Below, piece by piece: positions 39,646 through 51,873 of a stretch of 64,000 nucleotides of DNA. Origin of the DNA: Octopus sinensis (taxonomy: Eukaryota); assembly GCF_006345805.1 (NCBI RefSeq), contig NC_043003.1:38998001-39062000 (forward strand), given 5' to 3'. The notes beneath the pieces are model-generated. The model saw only the letters and a program-made list of their open reading frames with translations, did no database searches and was not told the origin of the DNA. Position numbers and translations under genes: made by a program. The stretch's first letter is position 1. Every line of letters starts with the position of its first letter.

Positions 39646-40024
39646 TTACTAACAAACTAATAAATCGTTTGATCAATCGTATGATCAGTCAGTGAATTCG
39701 TCAGAATCCTTTTATCACAGTCTGCGAACTTATCGATGACGTGCCTTCATGTACTTTTTTATGAGTTTGTGATAGAAGTAGAGTAGAGGAGAACATGTCA
39801 TTGATAAGGTTGCAGAGTGCAACGTAAGGGCTGTGACAAACTAGCTCATTGATTGATTAAGCGACTGGTTAAACAATTTGATTATTTGATTAGTTAACTA
39901 ATGGGCTGATAATAAAAATATAGATTGTGTGTGTTCATAGAATAGTTCGATCAGTTCAGTTGCCACATGAAGTGTTTCTGAGATCTTACCCTTCGTTTGA
40001 GAAGGAGAGTGAGTGAGTGAGTAC

Positions 40025-40097
<73 letters not shown>

Positions 40098-40690
40098 AAA
40101 TGGTGTTACCATATTCATTGTATTCAAGTAAATAATTTCACTTAATTTAATTTCCTCTTCTAATCCTCTGCTAAATAGCATTTGGCGTCAGCGAAGTGTT
40201 GTGCATTCCGTGTACCCTACATTGCACTGATTCTGTGGCCAAAACACTTCATTCTTGTTGGCTTACTCCACAAAGTTGTAAATCAGTTCCATAAACAGTA
40301 TACCCGTATAGCAACAAGAATTCTAAATATTTAACGAATATTTCTTTAGCTGACTGTACTGAGCTCAAACTGTTGTATTCACGTCACATTAAAAATGTAT
40401 CACTCTCTGGCCTATGTCAAACTTAAATAAACAAGACAAGAATTATAGATATCTTCTTAATGATTACTAATGAATCACTCAGCTGTGATAATTATTACAT
40501 TTCATAACACTTCATCAGATCTTGTTTGTCTCATATCTAGAGGTTTGGTTTCAGGGTATCATGACATATTCTACAACATTCATAACTAAAATTAGATATA
40601 ATCCCACAAAGAAACGGGAAACCTGTGTATCTTTGAAAGCAGTATTCGATTAAGCTTTATCTAATAAGTCGCAATTAAAGAAAACATTTA

Positions 40691-40870
40691 GTGTAGTAAG
40701 TAGCTTGCTTACCAACCACATGGTTCCGGGTTCATTCCCACTGCGTGGCACCTTGGGCAAGTGTCATCTACTATAACCTCGGGCCGACTAAAGCCTTGTG
40801 AGTGGATTTGGTAGACAGAAACTGAAAGAAGCCTGTCGTATATATGTATATATATATATATATATATATA

Positions 40871-40910
<40 letters not shown>

Positions 40911-41130
40911 GTATGTGCTTGTGTGTCTGTGTTTGTCCCCCACCCCACAACATCGGTTGACAAAAGATGGTGATGTGTTTACGTCCCCGTAACTTAGCGG
41001 TTCGGCAAAAGATCCCGATAGAATAAGTACTAGGCTTACAAAGAATAAGTCCTGGGGTCGATTTGCTCGACTAAATGCGGTGCTCTAGCATGGCCGCAGT
41101 CAAAATGACTGAAACAAGTAAAAGAGTAAA
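40691..41130 (+). mobile_element. SINE family A copy, followed by a family C copy (41221-41525)
   Basis: Alignment by eye with other copies. Confidence 0.85.
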
Positions 41131-41770
41131 AGAAACATGTAGGAAAATGGAAAATGTAATTACATTTATTAAGAAACCAAGAGAACTGTACTATTAAATA
41201 ATTATTACATAAATAAGGTGGAGGCACATGGCCTAGTGGTTAGAGCAGCGGACTCGCGGTCGAGCGATCGCGGGTTGGAATCTCAGACCGGCCGTTGTGT
41301 GTTTTTATGAGCGAAACACCTAAGCTCCACGCGGCTGCAGCAGGAAGTAATGGCGAACTTCTACTAACTCTTTCGCCACAACTTTCCCTCACTCATTTCT
41401 CCTGCATTTAGCAGCTTACCGGTGACGGACCGGCCTCCCGTCCAGGTGGGGGAACCTATACGCCAATGAAACCCGGGAAACCGGCCCTTATGAGCCAGGC
41501 ATGGCTTGAGAAGGAACAACCAACAACATAAATAAGAGAGGCTTATGTTATTTATAATATCTCGTTTTCCTTATGTATGAAGAATAAGGTTGTCCTTATT
41601 TGTCCTTTCTTATCTCACATGTTCACTCCGAGTAGTGGGTAATAACAGATGAATGGCGAAACAGTGTAACCTTTTTTCTATTTAGGGTAACAAGGAATGG
41701 ATCAGAATTGTTTCCGACTTCTTCCGTTTCCTTTCATCAACTATCACTCCTCCGAATTTCTATTCTCATG

Positions 41771-41814
<44 letters not shown>

Positions 41815-41844
41815 AATGAAACGTATTTTTTTCTTCTCTTGCAG

Positions 41845-41947
41845 AGCTGCAATCCGACCAAAGAAGGGATGTTGAATATCCACTTGGTTCCTCATTCACA
41901 CGACGATGTCGGATGGCTGAAGAATGTGGACCAATACTATTACGGAA
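41845..41947 (+). CDS. MAN2B1: Lysosomal-type alpha-mannosidase (GH38), first identified coding exon (equivalent to exon 2): [34 protein letters not shown]
   Basis: Acceptor ttcttctcttgcag| and donor GGAA|gtaagg; 103 bp, phase 0 to 1. Contains the GH38 Zn-binding HxHDDxGW motif. Confidence 0.96.
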
Positions 41948-42396
41948 GTAAGGAATTATCTTTGATGTATTACTACATTGGCGAGGCATTATGCTTTCGG
42001 TTATTGTTCTCTTGCCTGCCTTTTCGCTAGATACGTGCGACATCTAGACAGACAGACATGATCACTCGATGGTAACTGGATTGATAAGTACATAGTGTGT
42101 GTATGTTGACTATATATATATATATGGCGTATGGCCTAGTGGTCAATGTGCTGGTTTCAATTCCTAGACCGGGTGATGCGTTGTATTCTTGGGCAAAGCA
42201 CTTCACCTCACGCTGTTCTGCGACACCTGAGGCGTGGTACACCGTGCACCGGTTCAGGCAACATCGATTTGATGGAGAGAGTTGGCTAATGTACTGCACG
42301 AACATTTGATCACCATAAACACATCCTTTGTGCAGGTCGTTCGGCAGTAGCTGAGCTGTCAAACATCGTCTTTGACCTTCCACGGAAGAGTTCATC

Positions 42397-42444
<48 letters not shown>

Positions 42445-42447
42445 GAT

Positions 42448-42586
42448 AGATGTTTTCGATCTAGTTTGGATTCTTTGCCATCAAATTTGATTGCAAGGAA
42501 TTCAAATTTGATTGCAAAGAATTCAAATTTGATGGCAAAGAATTTAAACTTGATAGCAAAATATCCAAACTAGATCGAAAACATCT
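42448..42586. mobile_element. 139-bp MITE or foldback with 23-24 bp perfect TIRs and internal 21-bp repeats
   Basis: agatgttttcgatctagtttgga ... tccaaactagatcgaaaacatct; internal units tcaaatttgattgcaaggaat. Confidence 0.8.
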
Positions 42587-42602
42587 CTCTCTCACTCTCT
42601 CT

Positions 42603-42658
<56 letters not shown>

Positions 42659-42864
42659 TGTAGAAGTAGAAAGAGAAAGTGCTTAGTACCGTATTATATA
42701 TATTTGAAAAAAAAAAAATAGTAATGGCTTTTCTGATAATTTTCCCCTCATTAATAATTACATGTTTATAAATCATTAGGTATTTACAGCACTTAATGAT
42801 TCACAAACGTCTATCTATCAAAGTGGAAAGCCAATCCTATCCAGCTTTTCTTATCCATCTTTCC

Positions 42865-43078
<214 letters not shown>

Positions 43079-43189
43079 GCCTTCCTGCCTGCTTGCCTGT
43101 CTGTCTGTCTGTCTGTATGACTGGCTGGCTATCTATATATATGTATGTATGTATATACATGTATTTAAATATATATATATTCATAAGCA

Positions 43190-43432
43190 AAACCTCTCTC
43201 TTTACTATCAACTCACATAACTACAACTCTAATAATCAACACACATACATATCTAGCATAGATACCACTACACTTGGTCATAACCGCAACCCAACCCATC
43301 CTACTGACAATGCCCAGAATACCACCACAATCTCTAATGCCCTGACAAATAGCAGAAGTAACAGTAACAATAGTAGTAATGGCGGTGGTTGTAATAATAA
43401 CGTTAGTAATGATGATAATGGTAATAATAATG

Positions 43433-43483
<51 letters not shown>

Positions 43484-44540
43484 TAGAAATTTTCACCCAC
43501 TTCTATAACCTCTCTTCTGATGATACTACCTCCTTAGTTACCGAACACGGTCCTTAAAATTCACTTAATTGTAATTGCCGTCCTGGAACAACCACCCCAC
43601 TACAAGCCCATTGCAGAAGATATAATGTAATCTACAAATGCACGGTCCTTAACCAATTACACAACTCTACAGCCATATACATAGGATCAACAAAAACATT
43701 TTAACCAACGATATGCCACTCATCTCCACTCTTTTAGATACGATAAACAAAATTAACCTACAACACTCGCCAAGCACATACATCATCTCAAAAATGCAAA
43801 TATACCCTATACTTTATTATGGTCCATAATAGACTCAGGACTTCCCTACCGAGGTCAACGCTCAATCTGCAAGCTTTGCCTGAAGGAAGCACTCCAAATA
43901 TTAAAGCACAGCTCTCCAACACTGCTTAATAAACATAACGAGGCATTAAGCACATGTAACCACCGCATTTATCACACATTTAAATTCTATCACAAGTCCA
44001 AATGCCAAAATGACCATACAGTACATTTCTGCAATAATTCTTAGGTAATCCCATTAACCCATAAATTTACACTCTAACTCATAACCCCTATCTAGTTTCT
44101 CACATGTGTATACTAATACACTCCCTATTTCTAGGTCAGTTTAAATACAAACCTTGAATCTGCTACACTCTATATAAATTCCCTACTGGGAATGATCAAC
44201 TTTAAGAGAATCTTACATTGCTTATAAACTCTATATCTGGATGGACTCATATTAAACTCTGTTGGACGTTTGGATTTTACTTAAAGGATATTGGAATATT
44301 GCACATATATACCATTATGCCTATAAAACGGATTTACGAATTCAATAACCATACATATCTTACATCTATTTTCTTTCCACCACCTCACTCTCTACTTGTA
44401 TCACATCGAAACTAACTATGACTTAATTTTTCCTCTCACACCGTCTCCGATGAAGAGATATTATTAATTAATATCATAGAAACAGCTGTAAGACCTTCTA
44501 TCTATAAATGCTCTAATATCTATACAGCCTTGGTTTTTTA
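43190..44540 (+). mobile_element. Penelope-like element (CCHH-linker GIY-YIG type): endonuclease relic, 3' region and hammerhead
   Basis: NCNCRP..PLQAHC..NVIYKCTV...IYIGST..FNQRYATH..SF...TTLAKHI..LK...WSII...C.LCLKE...LLNK.NE at 43565-43945, with a frameshift and a stop. Confidence 0.85.
44443..44494 (+). ncRNA. Minimal hammerhead-like motif (core CCGAUGA, GUA triplet)
   Basis: GUCU-CCGAUGA..GAUAUUA/UAAUAUC..GAAA-C-AGCU-G-UA-AGAC: stem I GUCU/AGAC, palindromic ACAGCUGU; proximal stem II is mismatched. Confidence 0.6.
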
Positions 44541-44615
44541 TCTCATTACGCAAAAAATTCGCATATTAACATACACACATACATACATACATACATACAT
44601 ACATACATACATACA

Positions 44616-44647
<32 letters not shown>

Positions 44648-44651
44648 AAAA

Positions 44652-44811
44652 CAGTTCTTTATTTGAGAGATGAGGAATTGTGTACATTATTTGCATTTGA
44701 CGGATATTTGTCCTCTTCATGTTTGTTGCTAACACAACGTTTCGGCTGATGTAATCTCCAGCCTTAATCAGGTGTCCTGGGGGAATTTCGAACCTGGGTT
44801 CCATTTTCCTA
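44652..44811 (-). mobile_element. Inverted terminal (pLTR-like) segment of a Penelope element, with a hammerhead motif at 44731-44776 (core CUGAUUA)
   Basis: Reverse complement aligns with 61775-61940. Stem I GACAC/GUGUU, stem II GGCUG/CAGCC. Confidence 0.8.
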
Positions 44812-44814
44812 CAT

Positions 44815-45337
44815 GTCTAAAAAAACAACAATAGAAGACAATATGACCAAAGGCTGTGTGTACTCCATTCCATGCAGCTGTGGTAAGTTATACAAAGGCG
44901 AAACATGCTGCCCCTCAAAATAAGGGAAGACGAACATCGTAAAGCTGTGACACGAGGAGATATTGATAAATCGAGTATAGCTGGTCATGTATGGAAAAAA
45001 CGGAGACAACTTCCCCCTGTGAGATGAAGTTAAAATAATAGATTGAGAACACCACAGGAAAATACGAAAATTAAAAGAGGCAGCACATATGCTAGGACAT
45101 AATAATCGCCTAAGCAGACCTAGTGCAGATATGAGTAGTATATGGTAACCGGTATTAAGGAAGGATAGGAAAATATCAAATTTATAAGCACTAAAATTCA
45201 CTCTATAGCTCACTCTTAAAATTCACTTCATAATTTACCCTAAAATTCACTCCTCTACGCCATATGACCACGGGCATATAGCGTAGTGGCTAAGAGTGCG
45301 CGCTACTAACTCCAAGTTTCCGAGTTCGATTCCAGCA
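44815..45337 (+). mobile_element. Penelope-type GIY-YIG endonuclease relic, 3' UTR and tRNA-like segment (45272-45337)
   Basis: KGCVYSIPCSCGKLYKGET..KIREDEHRKAVTRGDIDKSSIAGHVWK...EVKIID.EHHRKIRKLKEAAHMLG; A box TAGCGTAGTGG at 45279 and B box GTTCGATTCC at 45324. Confidence 0.85.
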
Positions 45338-45399
45338 GATCAATTTGTTTGTCTAAAACCCGTAGTCAAATGACTGAAACAAATAAAAAAAGAAAAGAA

Positions 45400-45670
45400 A
45401 AGAGATATTGACACAGTAGATAATATTGACTGGTAGATCGACACTGTAAGATGTTGCCTGAATAGATAGAAATAGTGTGTAGATACTGATAGATGTGTTA
45501 GATAATCACAAAGTGTAAATATTGACAGGTTATATTGGTTCAATATATAGATATTCACTGTGTAAATAGGTACCGTAGGTATTCACTGAATAACGAGGCA
45601 GTGTTTAGATATTGACTGTATTGTGTAGAAGTTGGCTGGATAGATAGATACATTGTATATGTTGATTGTA
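45400..45670. repeat. Degenerate ~31-bp minisatellite (block 1)
   Basis: Recurrent gat(a/g)ttgactg motif at roughly 30-bp spacing. Confidence 0.6.
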
Positions 45671-45675
45671 TAGAT

Positions 45676-46030
45676 CAGTAGTTCTCAACTTCTGTCTATG
45701 TAGTCCCTGAGGGTCCATTTAAGATTTAATGGGTGGGTGTCCACGCAACAAAATAGTAAACTGGGGATCCACAGCAGTATTTTAAGGGCCCTGAAAAAAT
45801 TTTGATTTAGATATATTTATTGCTATGTATTGCAAGAAACAGTTAGGTTTCTGTATTTAATACGTTACGTAGTTCAATATACACACGTTAATGTGTGGAA
45901 TACAAAATTGGTATTTTGAAAGAAACTTCTCAATAACTAGCTTTTAAACATCGAATGGCTTCGAATTCCATCAGAATAAAATAATAATCAAAGGGGTCCA
46001 TAGATAAAAAAAAATGGTTGAGAATCTGTG
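45676..46030. mobile_element. hAT-Charlie-type MITE, longer relative of 9118-9265
   Basis: Ends cagtagttctcaac and ggttgagaatctgtg; subterminal ggggtccatagataaaaaaa; TSD not recognisable. Confidence 0.65.
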
Positions 46031-46521
46031 GGACCTCGCTTGGGCCTACCTGAGATTCGAAAGTGAATCTGTAAATTCTCCCTAGCCATGGTTCTGTTAA
46101 GGAAGAACGCAGGTCTATGTGTTTTCCACTTAATTCTTAACCTTTTCTATGCCATGAAAAGTTGAAATAGATAGGGTGGGCTACATTAATTTAGCCATTG
46201 CTAGAACGGTATATCATTTTCTTAGCTAGTCTGCACAATTATAAATACTAGAATTCTGTAAGGAAAAGTCAGTGGGTGAGAGCGACCAATAGGGAGTAGG
46301 CCTGATCAGCTCGAATGAAACGCAATCTCGACTGAAGTAATGTCATAGAAGTACAGCTATGGAATCCACCAGCGATACAGTCATACTGTCCACCACTTTC
46401 TCTTACCTTTCTCACTCACTCACTCACTCACTCACTTTCGTTTCAGCAACATCACTTAATTTAGTTAGTGTTGTTACAACGGCAGGGAACATGGGAGTAT
46501 AATTATAAATTATCAGAAAAA

Positions 46522-46806
46522 TTAATTGTAATTGCCGTCCTGGAACAACCACCCCACTACAAGCCCATTGCAGAAGATATAATGTAATCTACAAATGCAC
46601 GGTCCTTAACCAATTACACAACTCTACAGCCATATACATAGGATCAACAAAAAAATTTTAACCAACGATATGCCACTCATCTCCACTCTTTTAGATACGA
46701 TAAACAAAATTAATCTACAACACTCGCCAAGCACATACATCATCTCAAAAAGGCAAATATACCCTATACTTTATTATGGTCCATAATAGACTCAGGACTT
46801 CCCTAC
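46522..46806 (+). repeat. 285-bp duplicate of 43565-43849 (Penelope GIY-YIG relic)
   Basis: Three substitutions counted by eye over 285 bp; both copies share the same frameshift and TAA stop. Confidence 0.95.
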
Positions 46807-47084
46807 AGAAGTAACAGAAGGACGGCAATCTCTAATGCCCTGACAAATAGCAGAAGTAACAGAAGGACGGCGATTACAATTAAAAAACATGTTCAACACT
46901 ATCTACCCTTTTACAAGAAAATATAACTCTAGTTAGTTCATATACTACCTGCCCGTCGTGATTTGGCTTAAGTTATATGTAAATATGTTATATGTCTTTC
47001 TTTCCTGGAGTCAGCATCAACATCATTTTCACCTTCAACATAACAACTCCCATTTACAAACCACTGGTATAGATAAACACAGAG

Positions 47085-47590
47085 TGTAGATGCTGACTGG
47101 AAACACAAAGTATTTTGATGTTGACTGGACAAATAGGCAGAGTATGTAATGTTGAGTGTGTAGAGAGACAAAATGTGCGTGTGTTGACTGGATGTACTGG
47201 CGCAGCATTTAGATGTTAACTGAATCGAAGGAAACATAATGAAAATGTTGATTGGATAGGGAGGCAAAGTGTGCATGTGTTCACTAGCTAAATACTGCAT
47301 GTAATATTGACTCCATAAATAGACACAGTGTATATCTTGAGCGAAGAGATAAACATGGTATATAGATTTTGACTGTAGAGATAGACACGATGTGTAGATG
47401 TTTATGGGCTGGATAATCAGAGTGTATAGAGGTTGACGAAATAGATACAATATATACATTTTGGTTGGATAGTTACGACATGCGGATGTTTACTGAGTAA
47501 AGGTTGACTGGATGGATAGATTGATAGATAGATAGAGATAGTGTACATGTTGAGTGGGTAAATACAGTGAGCCGATGTTGATTGGACAGA
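47085..47590. repeat. Degenerate ~31-bp minisatellite (block 2, about 16 units)
   Basis: Approximate consensus GATGTTGACTGGATAGATAGACACAGTGTGTA. Confidence 0.75.
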
Positions 47591-48514
47591 CATGCTATAT
47601 TAGTCCCAGGGGTCACTTTTATTTATATAATTTTGTCTTAGAGTGCTCCTGTTTGGCAGAAAAGATGTAGAAGAGAACGTTTATCATTTATTCAGGTTAA
47701 TCGGGTAATCCGATTTTCGAAGTTTCTTGATGTTTGCTTCAGCAGTTCATGGATGGCTTTCTCTTAGTAATCCTTTACGTTATCTGAAAAAAAATGTTCA
47801 GTAAATGTTTGTAGATCTCTGGCGTAGTCCTTGACCGGAACTCTGTCGGGCATCACTTTTGTGAGGTACGTGACAGAGTTCTCTTGTGTTTGTATGTCCT
47901 TGTGTTTCATGTACTTCACCAACTCATCGTTTATCTATCTGGGAAAAGTGTAGTTCAGGATAGTCATGTGTTCTTCCTGCTCACATAAGATGCCTCGACA
48001 CCACCCTCCGGGTTGCATTGTTTTGGTATAATTTTCACTTTCATTTTCATCACTTATCATCTCAAATATATTAGTTTCAAATTTTGACACATGGCCAGCA
48101 ATTACAGGGGCCGGAGTTAGTCGATTACATCGACCACAGTACTCAACTGGTACTTATTTTATCGACCCCGAAACGATGAAAGGCAAGGTCGACCTTGGCG
48201 GAATTTGAACTCAGAACGTATAGACGGACGAAATGCCGCAAAGCATTTTGCCCCATGTGCTAACGATTCTGCCAACTCGCCGCCTTAATCAACCAAAATA
48301 TACTGGAATAAAGGTGTATTTATCACTACTCAACGAGGAAGTGGAGTAGTTTTTCTTGTCGCCTTTTGAGAGGCATATAACTTGGCATGTCTTGTATCGG
48401 CGGTTGCGACACATAATTCTAAAACTTATGCGGGCTCCTAGACTAGGTAATCATTCATAGACTTGATTAAATGAAACGTGATTCTTAATATATATCTCCT
48501 TTCTGTTGTTTCAG

Positions 48515-48688
48515 CTATGTCATACATCCAGCAGGCAAATGTTCATTCTACACTGGAAACAGCCAGTCAGTCCCTGATGGCTGACCCGGATAGGCGTTTC
48601 ATTTTTGTCGAAATGGCCTTCATGGATCAGTGGTGGCAGGATAAGACTCCATATAAGAGGCAACAAGTAAAGGAACTGATAAATCAAG
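48515..48688 (+). CDS. MAN2B1: Alpha-mannosidase exon: (T)MSYIQQANVHSTLETASQSLMADPDRRFIFVEMAFMDQWWQDKTPYKRQQVKELINQ(G)
   Basis: Acceptor ctgttgtttcag| and donor CAAG|gtaagt; 174 bp, phase 1 to 1, in frame with the previous exon. Matches the GH38 DPxRRFIxVExAF..WW motif. Confidence 0.96.
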
Positions 48689-48859
48689 GTAAGTTGTATA
48701 CTTCCTAGCACTTCCAAACTTGGCATTCACTAATTTTCTCTCACCCATTGTTTCTTTCTCTTTTTCCCGATATACATACTTAAACACACACACACACACA
48801 CACACACACCACACACACACACACACACCACACACACACCACACACACACACACACACA

Positions 48860-48909
<50 letters not shown>

Positions 48910-48982
48910 AAAGAGATTCTGCCCATTTGTTTGTTTGGCCAGCAAAATGAAACTAAGTGGCTCAGGAGACGCTATTATGCTT

Positions 48983-49045
<63 letters not shown>

Positions 49046-50044
49046 ATATATATTATATATATATATATAGGCGCAGGAGTGGCTGTGTGGTAAGTAGCTT
49101 GTTTACCAACATGACCATGTACATAAATGATAATTTATGTGCAGTCATGATGCTATGGATAATATAAATTGGACATGCGCGATGGTTGTATTCCATCTTG
49201 TTTTGAGGTTCACAGCCAAACGGCTGGGTGGATTCACGGGGAAAATGGCACACATTTAGAGACGGGTGCATAGATTGGAATGCGGTTTGTAGTTTTTCCT
49301 AGCCCCCATATTTACCGAGAAAATCGATTAAAACTTTTCTAATGGAATTCCCGTTTGTTCGGCCATTAAAACAATCAGTTGTTCACACAGCCGGCATATA
49401 CCATTTTGCTAGCAACGAGGGGAGTACAGGTTGACAGTCAGCCAAAGCCATTCATACATACATACATACATACATACATACATACATACATACATACTAC
49501 ATACATAATACATACATACATACATACATACATACATACATACATACATACATACATACATACATACATACATACATACATACATAACCTCTCTCCTTTT
49601 CTGTGTCAGTCACTCACACATTCACTCACTACAAAAAGTAAATAAAAAATCTCAGTTAACTCTCTCTCAGCCATACATAGATACATATAGATACATATAT
49701 CTATGTATAAGTACATACATACATACATAATACATACATACATACATACATACATACATACATACATAACAACCTGCGTGCGTGTGGGTGTGTGTGTGTG
49801 TGTGTCACTGAAGCCATTCATACATACATATATACTTGTACGCACTATGCACGTGTCCATTCAATGTTTATGCTTACACACGAATAAGCATCCGCACGCA
49901 CGCATGAAGCATGCAGTATATATAGTAAAGAATCAGGTACCCCACTGATCGTTGCCATACCAGCGCTGCACCAGTAGTTCATCTCCCTTTCACAGCAACA
50001 ACCTTGTTGATACTCCGCATCATTGTCCTGCTTTTACTTTCCAG

Positions 50045-50238
50045 GTCGGTTAGAAATAGCTTTGGGAGCTTGGTCGATGGCTGATGAGGCAGTCACTCAT
50101 TATACCAGTCTTATTGAGGAACACAGCAGGGGTTTCAAATTCCTGGAGAAGAACTTTGGTGCCTGTGCAAGACCCCGGACTGGCTGGCAGGTCGACCCGT
50201 TCGGTCATTCTAAGGAGGTTGCTGCTCTTTTTGCTCAA
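50045..50238 (+). CDS. MAN2B1: Alpha-mannosidase exon: (G)RLEIALGAWSMADEAVTHYTSLIEEHSRGFKFLEKNFGACARPRTGWQVDPFGHSKEVAALFAQ
   Basis: Acceptor ttttactttccag| and donor CAA|gtaggt; 194 bp, phase 1 to 0. Contains the catalytic nucleophile motif WQVDPFGHS. Confidence 0.97.
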
Positions 50239-50821
50239 GTAGGTATTTCCAACTATGGAACACTTTTTACTTTTTTACTTTTATTACAATGGTCCCGATT
50301 CCTCTCTGAAACTTCTGATTTAATGTATCTGTAACTGAACACATTCGTTGTAATTCTCTACTCTATTTTCATTCATTCTACTCTACTCGCCTTCCTTCGA
50401 ATTTGTACTAAAGGTTTTCCAATACTTCTTGGCATTCGTCATATCTGCATTGCTATTTTCTATATCACCAATGTTAAACTGTTTGGACCTAACATTAATA
50501 GGCCAAATCTTCCTAAAATATCATTATATGAAAGAAGAATCGTATTATGCTAAGATAACGTTTCCTTTCTTGTCAGAATCATTTTACAGTCTTGTGTTAT
50601 TCTAACTTGTTCTACAAGCACTCTTATCCTGTCACATAATATCTGCACACAATATTATGCTTTATATTATATTTTGGGGAAGTTTTGACTTGGGACTGTT
50701 GGTACTGCTACCTACAGTTGCTTCCAGAGTAAGAGAGGCGGGGATGGGGGAGTTTACTAAGAAACAGAAAAGGTGAAGATTCTCTTTAAGCGGAGAGAAC
50801 TGCTTCAAGGTCTGTAATTTG

Positions 50822-50862
<41 letters not shown>

Positions 50863-50865
50863 GTC

Positions 50866-50921
<56 letters not shown>

Positions 50922-50999
50922 CATTATAGACTCGCACAGTATACAATATTGTGAGGTTGTTGATTGAAGATATTGTGTCTACCGGCATTTGTACTGTTT

Positions 51000-51760
51000 G
51001 TCAAGTCACAACAAGGGCCTCAGACAGACAGTACTTTACGCAATATGCATGCAGTTCCAAGCAATGCCGACTTTTGCAATACATCTAGATTGTAGGGTAT
51101 CTCTAAGGTTTTCTAATGTTTCTTCAGATAGGGTAGTATTGAACCCAAAGCTCCGATGACCATAGAGATAACCTTTATATTTGACTCTCGCAGTTGCCAC
51201 ATTTTAGCGATCTCAATTCTCAGTTCTCCATATTCATTAACCTTTTCTCTATCTTTCATGACGATATGTTGGTACTGCTACGTCGATTATTAGGCACTCT
51301 TGTTTGTCCTTCCTAACGGTTCCAGCCTTCGGTACTCTAACACTGTATGTCTGGAAATCAAAGTCCCAGAGGCTTTTTTCCTAACCTTTTTCGTCCATTA
51401 GCTTTTCCCGTGTATGTTGGTACCAAGCACCGTAACCTCATATCCAGTCTTACGGTATAGTAGCCAGTGGAGGTTTTGGGCTACCTTGTTGTGTCTACGC
51501 TTGTACTCTTTCTGCGCAAGACTTCCACAAGCACTAACAATGTGAGTCACACTTTCGATCCTCATTTCCACACATTCTGCAGAGGCCCGATGCACCTGTG
51601 TGGTATATATTCTTTTTACTGAGTTGGTATTGAACACCTGGTTTTGGGCCGCGATAATTAGGCTTTCAGTATTCTAATTTTTAGGTCACCCTTCTGGGGC
51701 CACTTCCATGATGCTCCCTGGTCTTTTAATTTGTTGGTTGCACTGATGCTCCCTAGTTTT
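51000..51760 (-). mobile_element. R4/Dong-clade retroelement C-terminal relic (CCHC knuckle + REL endonuclease) between (TAA)n tracts
   Basis: Minus strand IAAQNQVFNTN...ESVTHIVSAC.SLAQKEYKRRHNKVAQNLHW...LWDFDFQT...CLIIDVAVP...IGALGSIP. Confidence 0.88.
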
Positions 51761-51842
51761 TTAATTTGTTGGTTTATTATAATGATGATCATGATAATAA
51801 TAATAATAATAATAATAATGATAATAATAATAATTATAATTA

Positions 51843-51873
<31 letters not shown>

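Noticed and set aside
41221-41290. tRNA-like sequences with A and B boxes (also 19200-19276, 42126, 45272, 63590)
   Set aside because: Acceptor stems do not close and they continue into repeat bodies; they are SINE or retroelement heads, not tRNA genes.
41577-41642. MKNKVVLICPFLSHMFTPSSG mini-ORF 200 bp upstream of the first exon
   Set aside because: Weak hydrophobic core, and the available GT donors are phase 1 or 2 whereas phase 0 is required.
47085-47590. Conserved core plus variable spacer periodicity, superficially CRISPR-like
   Set aside because: Eukaryotic intron, no cas genes, and the spacers are mutually homologous; it is a decayed minisatellite.
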